A stretch of DNA of 64,000 bases from Bacteroidia bacterium (GTDB taxonomy: Bacteria; Bacteroidota; Bacteroidia; M30B66). The stretch is taken from assembly GCA_965279035.1 (NCBI GenBank), contig OZ257142.1, positions 768,001 through 832,000 of the forward strand, written 5' to 3'. Position 1 is the first letter of the stretch. Each line of letters begins with the position of its first letter. This document shows, piece by piece, positions 48,165-57,761 of the stretch. The notes under the pieces are model-generated. The model was not told the origin of the DNA, ran no database searches, and was given only the letters and a program-made list of their open reading frames with translations. A program made the position numbers and the translations under genes.

Positions 48165-48225
48165 AATTTAAAAGCAGAACACAACAACACAACCACATAT
48201 AACAACAACACAAACGACAATAGCC

Positions 48226-49683
48226 ATGAGTGAGAAGAAAGAGATCAGTATGACCTTTGAGCTTCCGCAGAACGCACAAAACTCCATCATTAAAGTGATC
48301 GGCGTAGGTGGCGGCGGAAGTAACGCAGTTAACCACATGTTCCGTCAAGGAATTCGCGGTGTGGATTTTATTATCTGCAATACCGACCAACAAGCGCTTG
48401 ATGCGAGTGCAATTCCAACCAAAGTTCAGTTGGGAGCAACACTAACAGAAGGACGCGGAGCTGGATCCATTCCAGATGTTGGGCGAAATGCAGCCATCGA
48501 GAACATCGATGATTTGAAACAAATTCTTGGTCGTGAAACCAAAATGGTTTTCGTAACGGCTGGAATGGGCGGTGGAACAGGTACTGGAGCTGCTCCAGTT
48601 ATTGCTTCAACAGCACGTGAAATGGGCATACTTACCGTTGGTATTGTGACCATTCCATTCACTTTTGAAGGAAAAAAACGCCGTAAACAAGCCGAAGATG
48701 GCTTAGAGCAATTACGTAAAAGTGTTGATACGCTTTTGGTGATTTCCAATGACAAACTTCGCGAAATCTTCGGAAATCTAGGACTTACAGCCGCTTTTGC
48801 TGAGGCAGATAATGTACTTACAACTGCAGCTAAAGGAATTGCTGAGATCATTACTGTTCCTGGACAAATCAACGTCGATTTTGCCGATGTGAATACTGTG
48901 ATGAAAGATGGTGGTTCTGCCATTATGGGATCTGCCATTGCCGAAGGCGAAGGTGCTGCCATGCGTGCGTTGAAATCTGCCCTTTCTTCCCCATTGTTAA
49001 ATGATAGCAGTATCCGTGGAGCGAAACACATTTTGGTTAACATCGCTTATGGTGAAGATATTATGATGGATGAAGTGGGCGATTTAATGGACCACATGCA
49101 AGAAGAAGCTGGCTGGGATGCCAATGTGATTATGGGAACTTCAAATGATACTTCACTTGGTCGTTCGGTTTGCGTAACACTTGTTGCAACTGGGATAATT
49201 ACTGGACAATTAGACGAAGAACGTAAAGTTCTAAAGCTGGATGAACAAAGTAATGCAGTACGTTCAACTGGGAAGGACACTATAAATTCAAGCAATCAAT
49301 CAGTTCCAACAAGTTCCAATACAAACTTAAAACGCGATGCGGATGAAGATGTGTTGGTTCAAGGTGCTGATCGTCCGGAATTGAATTTTACTTTGAGCAC
49401 GGTAAGCGATCCTGCTAAAGATGAAGAAGAGGAAAATGAGCAGGTTCGTCGTTCATTAGAGCGTATGGAAAACTTGAAACGTTTGAGCATTAAGTTAAAA
49501 ACTCCTTCTCCAGTTTCTGATTTGGAAAGTGTTCCAGCATTTCGTCGTCGTAATATTCACTTACAACAAGTTGATGTTTCATCGGATACTAATATTTCAC
49601 GCTATACATTGAGCGAAAATCCGGAAGATAAAAAGTTGGAAATCCGCCCCAACAATTCATTTCTTCACGATAATGTTGATTAA
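48226..49683 (+). CDS. ftsZ: cell division protein FtsZ
   Basis: GVGGGGSNA, GMGGGTGTG, NVDFADV, PAF.RR and a NSFLHDNVD terminus. Confidence 0.98.
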   Translation: MSEKKEISMTFELPQNAQNSIIKVIGVGGGGSNAVNHMFRQGIRGVDFIICNTDQQALDASAIPTKVQLGATLTEGRGAGSIPDVGRNAAIENIDDLKQILGRETKMVFVTAGMGGGTGTGAAPVIASTAREMGILTVGIVTIPFTFEGKKRRKQAEDGLEQLRKSVDTLLVISNDKLREIFGNLGLTAAFAEADNVLTTAAKGIAEIITVPGQINVDFADVNTVMKDGGSAIMGSAIAEGEGAAMRALKSALSSPLLNDSSIRGAKHILVNIAYGEDIMMDEVGDLMDHMQEEAGWDANVIMGTSNDTSLGRSVCVTLVATGIITGQLDEERKVLKLDEQSNAVRSTGKDTINSSNQSVPTSSNTNLKRDADEDVLVQGADRPELNFTLSTVSDPAKDEEEENEQVRRSLERMENLKRLSIKLKTPSPVSDLESVPAFRRRNIHLQQVDVSSDTNISRYTLSENPEDKKLEIRPNNSFLHDNVD

Positions 49684-49707
49684 AAAACCAGTTAAAATTT
49701 CATTACA

Positions 49708-50154
49708 ATGAGTTTGGAAGAAAAGATTAATGCGGATATTAAATCTGCCATGCTTGCAAAAGAGAAAGAAAAACTCGAAGCATTGCGTGCAGTAAAATCG
49801 GCTGTATTGCTTGCTAAAACAGAAAAGGTAGGAGCAGAGTTATCGGAAGATGTAGAACTAAAACTTTTACAAAAGTTAGTGAAACAACGTCGCGAATCTG
49901 CTAGTATTTATGTTCAGCAAAACAGACCGGAATTAGCCGAATCTGAAACCTTTCAGGCAGATATCATTGAAAAGTATCTTCCTGCTCAACTTTCTCCTGA
50001 CGAGGTTCGTGTTGTCCTCAAGGAAATTGCTGCTGAACTTGGCGCAGTTTCTGTAAAAGACATGGGAAAGGTGATGGGAGCAGCTACTCAAAAACTCGCC
50101 GGTAAAGCCGATGGAAAGCTGATCTCAACGTTAGTAAAGGAAATTTTAAGTTAA
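49708..50154 (+). CDS. yqeY: GatB/YqeY domain protein
   Basis: K.AM.AK, KQRRES...Y, YLP.QLS, DMGKVMG, GKADG. Confidence 0.92.
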   Translation: MSLEEKINADIKSAMLAKEKEKLEALRAVKSAVLLAKTEKVGAELSEDVELKLLQKLVKQRRESASIYVQQNRPELAESETFQADIIEKYLPAQLSPDEVRVVLKEIAAELGAVSVKDMGKVMGAATQKLAGKADGKLISTLVKEILS

Positions 50155-50180
50155 TATTAGTTTGGTTGTTGTTATTATCT

Positions 50181-50207
50181 ACAGAGCCCCTTTTTTAGGG
50201 GCTTTGT
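50181..50207. terminator. intrinsic terminator between convergent yqeY and the patatin-like gene
   Basis: ACAGAGCCCCT-ttttt-AGGGGCTTTGT. Confidence 0.8.
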
Positions 50208-50221
50208 TGTTTTTATACGGT

Positions 50222-52504
50222 TCACTTTTTAAGTAAACGTTTTAATGTGGCTACAGCGGTTCTGTTTTCGGGAAGTGTAATGGCCTGATGAATGCGTTTT
50301 TTCTCTAGCGATGTTAAATGGAAGTTCATAGAGATAACTTCATCACTTGGGTGCGAAGGTGGATTTAAGTCCAGTTCAATAAATTCTAAATTACCATCAA
50401 ACCAACTATCGGCATACATCAATAGTTGATCATGTTGATAATCCTGAATGCGAAACATATTCTCATACACATTTCCCAAAGGCGACATCAACATTTCACT
50501 GATGGTATTTTTGCTTTGGGTTTTCAAATCGTAAGCTTTATGATTCTCTCGAATTTGAAGAAATATCACCCGATCAGTATTTGCTGCAATCCACTTTCTA
50601 AAGTGATAGAGGTAGCGTATCGAAGTTCTTAAACCATAATTATCCCGAAAGCCAGCATCCATGACTTCCAAAATGGGTTTGCTTGGCAACGAAACAGAAG
50701 GAAGTATATACGGAAAGGTTGCACTCATTCTTATTGCAGAAGTAAATCGAAGATTGGCAGCTCCTTGATCTCGGAAGAAACGACTGAACTCAATATCTTC
50801 GGGCAAACTGCGAAGGATTGTTCCTGTTTTTGTTGGTGTAAAAGTGAGGTAGCTTACTGGTTGAGAACTGATCAACATTCTTCGTCCATCATTGATCACC
50901 GATGGTGTAAAAATCATCATGGGTGTTAATGCCGCATCTTCGGGAACTGTATATGAACTCAAACTTTTATCTAGAATAAAGTCTGTGTTTTCATTCAAAG
51001 CCTTTTCAAATTCATAACCACGATCGCGCGTATATTGCTGATTGCCTACATGTACTTTTTGTAACCTCATGAAAACATCACTCACTGCAAGTGAAAATCC
51101 AAGGGCATTTAAAAGATCTCTTCCAATTCGTTCAGAATAAATGCTGTCATAAATATTCTTTTCCATTCCAAGTTCTCGTCGCAACTGCAATTCCCGCATG
51201 TAGGCTGCTCCAATCATACCTCCCGAGGAACCTGTTATCAAACGGGTGTTTTTAAGTAAATGCCCTTCTGTTATTGAATCAGCATATTGCAATACATCAA
51301 CAGTCCAAACAGCCGATTTCAAACCACCTCCACTTACATTTAAAAAGATAAGTGTTGGTTTGCCATCTCTTCCTTTCCAAGCCCTCTTTTTCCATCGTTC
51401 TAAAGATTCGAGTCCATCTTTCGTATCGTGTTCAACTTGAATTCTTCGTTCTTTATCAAACAACATAGAATCGGGAATAATGGCTGCTTCTGTATTATAA
51501 TTTAAGCCATACGCTTGGTTTCGTTTACCGAAAAATTCATAACCGGAGAGCCAATTAATCAACAGAAATAAAACGATAAATACAGGAATTGACCATTCTT
51601 TAAGCCAAGTGTGGAATGCACTAGCTAGCATTAATAACATGGTAAAACTTACGAAAATGCTTGCTGCTGCTGGAATTCTGAAGAATGGAACATCTCTAAA
51701 TAAACCAAGTAATACTAAAATAACAACTACACCTATTTCAAAAATTGCTGCTGCAAGGTGATTTTGTCGGAACACTTGATTAATTATTTCTGGACTGTAA
51801 TGTGAAGTTTCCCGAGCGCGCATGATTCGAATCGGGTTGGAAAAATAACTTTCAACATGAATAGAACTAGCTTGTTTATGAGTTTGAGGTATGCGTTGCC
51901 AGGCATTGTTTTTCAATTGAATTTTACGGTATTGATTGCGCTCCGTTTTCTTTAGAATGTCGATACCCAATAGCCGAAAAATATCTTTACTAATGGTGAA
52001 AAAGTAGGTTAGACTCAATAAAAAAAAGAATCCTGCACCTATTACAAATCCGCATGAATGAAGGAAAATATCCGTTCGAGTTATTGTTTCATATTTATCT
52101 TGAAATAGAAAATTACAAATTAAATAAGTGATTATAAATCCAAGTGGAATGATGAAATTATTTAAAGTGTATTTAACAAATGGCTTGGAAACTGAGGCTA
52201 GAAAGGGAAAGCGATATGAATTAACTATATAACTGGCTATTTGAAATGCCATAATAAATCCACCACAACAAGCTCCAAGAATGAGATAAGAGAAAAAATC
52301 CACTTTACCTAGGTATTCTGGATCTAGGAATAATAATGGAACACCAAAATCATTTCCCCAAAGCCTTAATACAAAAGCAAAAAGCACAAACCAAAAAACC
52401 AATAATAGGATATTGAATTTGAAGTGAACATACACCAATCGAATTGGAAAGAAATAATAGAATTTCCGCAGTATCTTTTTTAACCTAGCTATGTTCTGCG
52501 GCAT
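50222..52504 (-). CDS. polytopic membrane protein with a patatin/cPLA2-like domain
   Basis: About 7-8 N-terminal TM helices; SGGGLKS oxyanion loop, GSSGG nucleophile, SATFP, DAG catalytic Asp. Confidence 0.8.
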   Translation of the reverse strand: MPQNIARLKKILRKFYYFFPIRLVYVHFKFNILLLVFWFVLFAFVLRLWGNDFGVPLLFLDPEYLGKVDFFSYLILGACCGGFIMAFQIASYIVNSYRFPFLASVSKPFVKYTLNNFIIPLGFIITYLICNFLFQDKYETITRTDIFLHSCGFVIGAGFFFLLSLTYFFTISKDIFRLLGIDILKKTERNQYRKIQLKNNAWQRIPQTHKQASSIHVESYFSNPIRIMRARETSHYSPEIINQVFRQNHLAAAIFEIGVVVILVLLGLFRDVPFFRIPAAASIFVSFTMLLMLASAFHTWLKEWSIPVFIVLFLLINWLSGYEFFGKRNQAYGLNYNTEAAIIPDSMLFDKERRIQVEHDTKDGLESLERWKKRAWKGRDGKPTLIFLNVSGGGLKSAVWTVDVLQYADSITEGHLLKNTRLITGSSGGMIGAAYMRELQLRRELGMEKNIYDSIYSERIGRDLLNALGFSLAVSDVFMRLQKVHVGNQQYTRDRGYEFEKALNENTDFILDKSLSSYTVPEDAALTPMMIFTPSVINDGRRMLISSQPVSYLTFTPTKTGTILRSLPEDIEFSRFFRDQGAANLRFTSAIRMSATFPYILPSVSLPSKPILEVMDAGFRDNYGLRTSIRYLYHFRKWIAANTDRVIFLQIRENHKAYDLKTQSKNTISEMLMSPLGNVYENMFRIQDYQHDQLLMYADSWFDGNLEFIELDLNPPSHPSDEVISMNFHLTSLEKKRIHQAITLPENRTAVATLKRLLKK

Positions 52505-52593
52505 TTTATGAAGGAGATTGTCTTTATAAATATAATTAAAACCCGTTTAAATTAAATGATAATTGGAGAAGTATCTGGGAAATTTTCTTACGA

Positions 52594-52613
52594 TTGTTTA
52601 TAGCTTGTTTATA
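52594..52613. promoter_or_regulatory. 11-bp-period direct repeat, candidate response-regulator site
   Basis: TTGTTTATAgc TTGTTTATA, i.e. TGTTTA-N5-TGTTTA, in the divergent intergenic region. Confidence 0.4.
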
Positions 52614-52783
52614 ACACGAAAGATTTGAAGCTAAGCGTCTTATATAGACATTGAGCACTCATTGCATTTCAAACTTACACCGTATCCCAAATACCGTAAC
52701 TACTTCAATAGCTTCCCGTTTTATTAAGAGTGATTTAACATGTCCTGACCGCATGGAAAACCTTTTACTTAAAGCAAAGCTGG

Positions 52784-55700
52784 ATGAATTGTGCTTCAAT
52801 ATTGAAGGGTGTTTTCCATTTGCTGTTGGTTTTTTGGTCAACAGCAATATGGGCTCAAGGAGGTAACACATGCGTTACATCACAAGCGAGTCCTATTGCA
52901 CTTCCGTTTTTTACGAATAATCAAACACTTTGTGGTGATGTAAATGATTACAATGGAGCAAACGCTTGTTTAAGTAATACAGGCTGGGGAAATCCCTATG
53001 GTGGACAAGATTGGTTTTATACAGTAATTCCTGCTCAAGATGGATTAATGAATGTGCTTTTGAACGACATTCATTCTAGCGGACAAGCCTATCCAATGTT
53101 ATCTATTTATGAAGGTTGCCCTGGAACTGGAACCTGTATCAATTCCATTATGGGAAATAATTCAGGGGCAAATACACTCATTCCTGTGATTGCAGGAAAT
53201 GTTTACTTCATTGCCTTAGATGCATTTACTTACTCTAATATCTATGCGAATTGTTATCAATATGATCTTCATGTAAGTCTTACCCCAACTGTTATTCAGC
53301 CTGCATGTTCCAATATGGGTTTTGAATCAAGTAATTTAAATTCTTGGCTTTGTACAACAGGGGCTTCTATAACTGCTCCTGTCGGATCTCCTACTCCTAT
53401 ATATCAAATGTCGGGTATTGGAGTTGTGAATGGGAGACATACCATTATGACTGGTGGTACTGATCCTTGCGGAGGGTTTTCTTGCGTTGATCCTTTAGGG
53501 GGTTCGCGATCTGTTCGTATTGGAAATAATCAAACAGGAGCTGAAGCGGAACAAATTGCTCAATCATTTTTAGTAGGTCCAAGCAATTCAAGCTTTACTT
53601 ATCGATATGCAGTGGTTTTTGAGGATCCGGGACATACTTCTGCAGAACAACCTTTTTTTATTGCTCGTTTAAGAGACCAAGCTGGTGATGTAATTCCTTG
53701 TTCCGAATTTATCGTCTCAGCTGCCGCAAGTTTACCAGGTTTCTTTAATTCTTCTACTTGTAGTGGAGTTCGCTACAAACCTTGGAGTACAGTTAATGTT
53801 GATCTTTCTAATTATTTAGGTCAAAATGTAACGGTCGAATTTACTGCTGGAGATTGCAGTCAAGGTGGACATTTTGGGTATGCTTATGTAGATGCTTCTT
53901 GCTCTCCTTCCACCTTAGCTGCCTTGGCCGATACTATTTGTCCTGGACAATCTGTTGTGCTTACAGCGCCATCTGGATATTCTTCTTTCTCTTGGCAACC
54001 AGGAAATGTTACTACCCAAACCATTACGGTAAGCCCAGCTGTTACTACGACTTATACATTGAATCTTACTGCCTTTAATGGTTGTGTTTCTCATGTTCAA
54101 ATACCCATTACAGTTGCTCCCATTCCAGTTCCTGTAATTCAATATCAAGCTCCAGCTTGCGATTTACCCGTTCAAGTTCAATCAAACAGTACCATCAGCT
54201 CAGGAACAATTAGCTCTCAGCAATGGAATTTGGGAGGAAACGCTGCTCCTAGTTCTTCCGCTCAATCAACTGTTAATGTGCAATATCCTGGTCCGGGTTC
54301 GTACCCGATAAGTTTGAGTTTAACTTCCGATCAAGGATGTACTGCAACCGCAACTCAAACAGTTGTAGTTCCTCCTTGTGTTTTTCGAATTGCTATTTCG
54401 GGTGATACTATTTGCCCAGGACAATGTTTGAGTTTTCCTGTATCAAGTGCTTATGGAACGCCTCCATATACTTATTTGTGGTCGAACGGAAGTACAGATA
54501 GTACACTCACAATTTGTAGCAATTCGACTACTCAAATTGGACTTACTGTTACCGATGCAAATGGATTTATTGCAAGCGATACTGCAATGATAACAGTAGT
54601 TCCAGCCATTATTTTTCAGCCAATTATTTCTGATGTGTCCTGCTTTGGAAATTCAGATGGTTCTATCAATCCCAATGCTCAAGGTTGGGGGCCATTTGTT
54701 TATTCTTGGTCAAATTCAAGTTCCGATTCTATCCTGAGCAATTTGTCTATTGGTACTTATTCTGTTGCAGTTCATGATCATTTTGGTTGTCCTGCGGATT
54801 CAAGTTTTAATGTGAATGAACCAAATCCAATAACGAGTAGTTTAATTATTCAGCCTGCTACTTGTAATCAAAGTAATGGGTCGATACAAGTAAATACTCC
54901 TCAAGGAGGAACATCTCCTTTTGAATTTGCAATTGATACGAGTGTTTATTCCTCTTTATCACAGTTTGTAGGACTTTCAAACGGAATGCATTCGATATCC
55001 ATTCAAGATGCTCATGGTTGTATTTTTCAAATCAATGATTCAATTCCCATGTTGAGCTTCCCAACTCAACTGTCGATGAATCTTGTTGATGCAAGTTGTG
55101 GGATCGATAATGGAGTTGTTTCTCCTCTTCAAGTTTCAGGTGGAATTGGGCCTTTCCAAATTTGGGTAAATGGAACTAATATGGGAATTGTATCAATTCC
55201 TATCTCTTTTGATTCACTTCCTGCAGGTCCATTTAATGTTGAATTGGCTGATGTTAATGGATGTTTGATAGATACTAATGTAACCCTTCAACAGCATTTA
55301 GGGCCAGCTGCATTTGGATTTACTTTAATACCCTCCACGTGTGGATTAAATAATGCAAGTCTTCAAATTGATTCGGTATTTGGTGGAAGTCCGGCATTTA
55401 CATACAGCTTGAATGGTGGTTTGTTTTCAACTCAAAACCAGTTTGCCAACCTATCTCCCGGAACAATTTTGATTCAAGTTCAAGATCAACTTCATTGTCT
55501 CTTAGATTCTTCAATCATCATTACATCGATTCCAGATGTTGAAGTTTCTGCATCGGTTATCCAACAAGTGCAATGTGCTGGTGGCTCTGATGGACAAGCA
55601 TCAGCAATTATTTTAAGTGGAACGGCTCCATTTAGCTTTCAATGGACCAATGGAGAAAGCGATTCAACGGCAAGTTCATTACAAGAAGGAACCTGGAATG

Positions 55701-57706
55701 TTTTTGTGAGCGATGCGCATAACTGCCTCGATACAGCACAAATAATCATCACGCAGCCTCAACCTCTATTCCTTACGATTGACTATTCTAATCCTCATTG
55801 TGCAATTGCCAATGGACATATCTCGGCTGATTCTACAAGCGGAGGAACAAGTCCATATCACTATCAGCTTAACGGAGGTTTGCTTCAAAATACTCCGATT
55901 TTTTCCTCTTTGGATGTTGGCTCGTATACATTGCAAGTGGTTGATGCTCATGGTTGTGCTATCACTCAACAAGCACAGCTCGCAATGCCATCGTATCCTA
56001 CCATGTTAATTTTACAAGCGCAAGATGCTGTGTGTGCATTGCCTAACGGTGAAGCCAAATTAATGCAAGTTCAAGGTGGTATTGCTCCATTTCAAGTTCA
56101 ATGGGTCGATACTTCTTTCGAAACCATTCAGGATTTCCCATTCATTCGTGCTGGACTCGATGCTGGCTCATTTCCTATTGTTGTTCGGGATGCTAATGGT
56201 TGTATTGTCGATTCTATAGTTTCTATCCAGCAATTTGCAGGTCCAGATCAAATGCTTGTACAGCTTCAGGCTGCAACGTGTGATTTAAACAATGCATCAC
56301 TCGAAATTCAATCAATAGTTGGAGGAACGCCAACATATCAATACACCTTAAATGGTGGAGTTTATAACAATTTGCAACAATTCTCGAATCTAAGTCCAGG
56401 TAATTATGCTGTTTCTGTTCGCGATATTCATGGTTGCACAATTGATTCGGCATTTACACTTAATGCTATCCCTAATGTTCAAATTGCCCCATTTATCACA
56501 CATCCAATAACGTGTTATGGTTATAGTGATGGTGAATTGCAAGCCGATATTCAGCAAGGTACTCAACCGTATAGCATTTCATGGTTAAATGGTCCTGTAG
56601 GAATAAACTCAGGAAATCTCATTGCCGGGACGTATCAAGTAAGTGTTACAGATAGCAATGGGTGTATTCAAACTTCCTCTATTGTTTTAACGCAACCCGA
56701 TCCTGTTGTGATCAATGTAACAGGTCCAGCCTATGTTTGCGAAGGGAATGAAGCAACACTTATTGCTCATGCTTCTGGTGGAACAAGCCATATTGCGCTC
56801 ACTTGGCCGGGGTTTTCTAGCGAAAGCGATACCTTGATCGATGTTCCTCTTATAAGTAAAACATATACTGCTACTGCAACCGATGTATTAGGTTGTGCCG
56901 CTTCGGATACACATTCGGTAGCATTGCGCATTCGTCCGCAAGGAACAATTACAACCGATGTAGCCCAAGGATGTAGTCCTGTATGTGCCAATTTTGAAGT
57001 GAATTCAACCGGTCCAGCTTTGCTAACGAATTTCAATTGGACATTCTCGAATGGTGCGCAAGGGTTGAATGCTATTCAAAAGATTTGCTTTACCGAAAGT
57101 GGAACTCAAGATGTTAGTGTTCTTCTAACGGATGTATTTGGTTGTACTGCTGTATTATCGGCCGAAGGTGCTGTTACCGTGTATGGTTTGCCAGATGCAC
57201 GATTTGATGTAAGTCCTCACACTGCAAATATTCTCCATCCTGAATATAAGTTTATCCAAGAGAGTTTATTGGCTGATACCTATTTTTGGACCTTTGGTGA
57301 TGGAGATACTTCCATCGAAGAATCGCCTTCTCATACTTACCCGGATACTGGTCAGTATAATGCTTGCTTGCGTGTAACAACAAACCATGGCTGCACCGAT
57401 CAAGTATGTAAAAAAGTAGAAATAGATCCTTTCCCAACCATTTTTGCTCCCAATGCATTTACTCCCAATGGTGATGGTACCAATGAAGTATTTATGATTA
57501 AAGTGACTTATGCAGAGCGCTTTCTGCTTGAAATATTTGATCGTTGGGGTGAATTGATTTATGAAGGTTCTGATCCTTTAGAAGGATGGGATGGAACGTA
57601 TCAAGGAAATCGGGTGCAAGAAGATGTATATGTATGGCGCGCTACGATTACAAATTCTGAACACAAAGCGAAACAACTTATAGGTAGAGTTTCTCTCATT
57701 GATTAA
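52784..57706 (+). CDS. large T9SS-secreted surface protein with SprB-like repeats, PKD domains and a type-B (gliding motility/CHU_C) C-terminal domain
   Basis: Signal peptide; repeated C....G......GG..P..Y...L..G.Y.V.V.DA.GC units; WTFGDG PKD motif; PNAFTPNGDG.N..F..IFDRWG..WDG.Y.G tail. Confidence 0.9.
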   Translation: MNCASILKGVFHLLLVFWSTAIWAQGGNTCVTSQASPIALPFFTNNQTLCGDVNDYNGANACLSNTGWGNPYGGQDWFYTVIPAQDGLMNVLLNDIHSSGQAYPMLSIYEGCPGTGTCINSIMGNNSGANTLIPVIAGNVYFIALDAFTYSNIYANCYQYDLHVSLTPTVIQPACSNMGFESSNLNSWLCTTGASITAPVGSPTPIYQMSGIGVVNGRHTIMTGGTDPCGGFSCVDPLGGSRSVRIGNNQTGAEAEQIAQSFLVGPSNSSFTYRYAVVFEDPGHTSAEQPFFIARLRDQAGDVIPCSEFIVSAAASLPGFFNSSTCSGVRYKPWSTVNVDLSNYLGQNVTVEFTAGDCSQGGHFGYAYVDASCSPSTLAALADTICPGQSVVLTAPSGYSSFSWQPGNVTTQTITVSPAVTTTYTLNLTAFNGCVSHVQIPITVAPIPVPVIQYQAPACDLPVQVQSNSTISSGTISSQQWNLGGNAAPSSSAQSTVNVQYPGPGSYPISLSLTSDQGCTATATQTVVVPPCVFRIAISGDTICPGQCLSFPVSSAYGTPPYTYLWSNGSTDSTLTICSNSTTQIGLTVTDANGFIASDTAMITVVPAIIFQPIISDVSCFGNSDGSINPNAQGWGPFVYSWSNSSSDSILSNLSIGTYSVAVHDHFGCPADSSFNVNEPNPITSSLIIQPATCNQSNGSIQVNTPQGGTSPFEFAIDTSVYSSLSQFVGLSNGMHSISIQDAHGCIFQINDSIPMLSFPTQLSMNLVDASCGIDNGVVSPLQVSGGIGPFQIWVNGTNMGIVSIPISFDSLPAGPFNVELADVNGCLIDTNVTLQQHLGPAAFGFTLIPSTCGLNNASLQIDSVFGGSPAFTYSLNGGLFSTQNQFANLSPGTILIQVQDQLHCLLDSSIIITSIPDVEVSASVIQQVQCAGGSDGQASAIILSGTAPFSFQWTNGESDSTASSLQEGTWNVFVSDAHNCLDTAQIIITQPQPLFLTIDYSNPHCAIANGHISADSTSGGTSPYHYQLNGGLLQNTPIFSSLDVGSYTLQVVDAHGCAITQQAQLAMPSYPTMLILQAQDAVCALPNGEAKLMQVQGGIAPFQVQWVDTSFETIQDFPFIRAGLDAGSFPIVVRDANGCIVDSIVSIQQFAGPDQMLVQLQAATCDLNNASLEIQSIVGGTPTYQYTLNGGVYNNLQQFSNLSPGNYAVSVRDIHGCTIDSAFTLNAIPNVQIAPFITHPITCYGYSDGELQADIQQGTQPYSISWLNGPVGINSGNLIAGTYQVSVTDSNGCIQTSSIVLTQPDPVVINVTGPAYVCEGNEATLIAHASGGTSHIALTWPGFSSESDTLIDVPLISKTYTATATDVLGCAASDTHSVALRIRPQGTITTDVAQGCSPVCANFEVNSTGPALLTNFNWTFSNGAQGLNAIQKICFTESGTQDVSVLLTDVFGCTAVLSAEGAVTVYGLPDARFDVSPHTANILHPEYKFIQESLLADTYFWTFGDGDTSIEESPSHTYPDTGQYNACLRVTTNHGCTDQVCKKVEIDPFPTIFAPNAFTPNGDGTNEVFMIKVTYAERFLLEIFDRWGELIYEGSDPLEGWDGTYQGNRVQEDVYVWRATITNSEHKAKQLIGRVSLID

Positions 57707-57743
57707 AAAAAGAAAGCCTGCTAATACTTAAATCAGCAGGCTT
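57705..57743 (-). terminator. terminator between the adhesin gene and ftcD
   Basis: AAGCCTGCT..AGCAGGCTT stem with an A run on its left (U tract on the minus strand). Confidence 0.65.
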
Positions 57744-57761
57744 CAATTTTGGAAATCCCAA

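Noticed and set aside
48426-49295. Long antisense ORFs inside ftsZ (similar ones occur in bamA, mraZ, ftsA and ftcD)
   Set aside because: Shadow frames caused by codon bias in conserved genes; no motifs or expression signals.
34505-49683. Absence of murF, ddl and murB from the dcw cluster as a novelty
   Set aside because: This reduced gene order is normal for Bacteroidota.
52651-52871. Small ORFs upstream of or overlapping the adhesin start
   Set aside because: Short, mutually overlapping, and without recognisable features.
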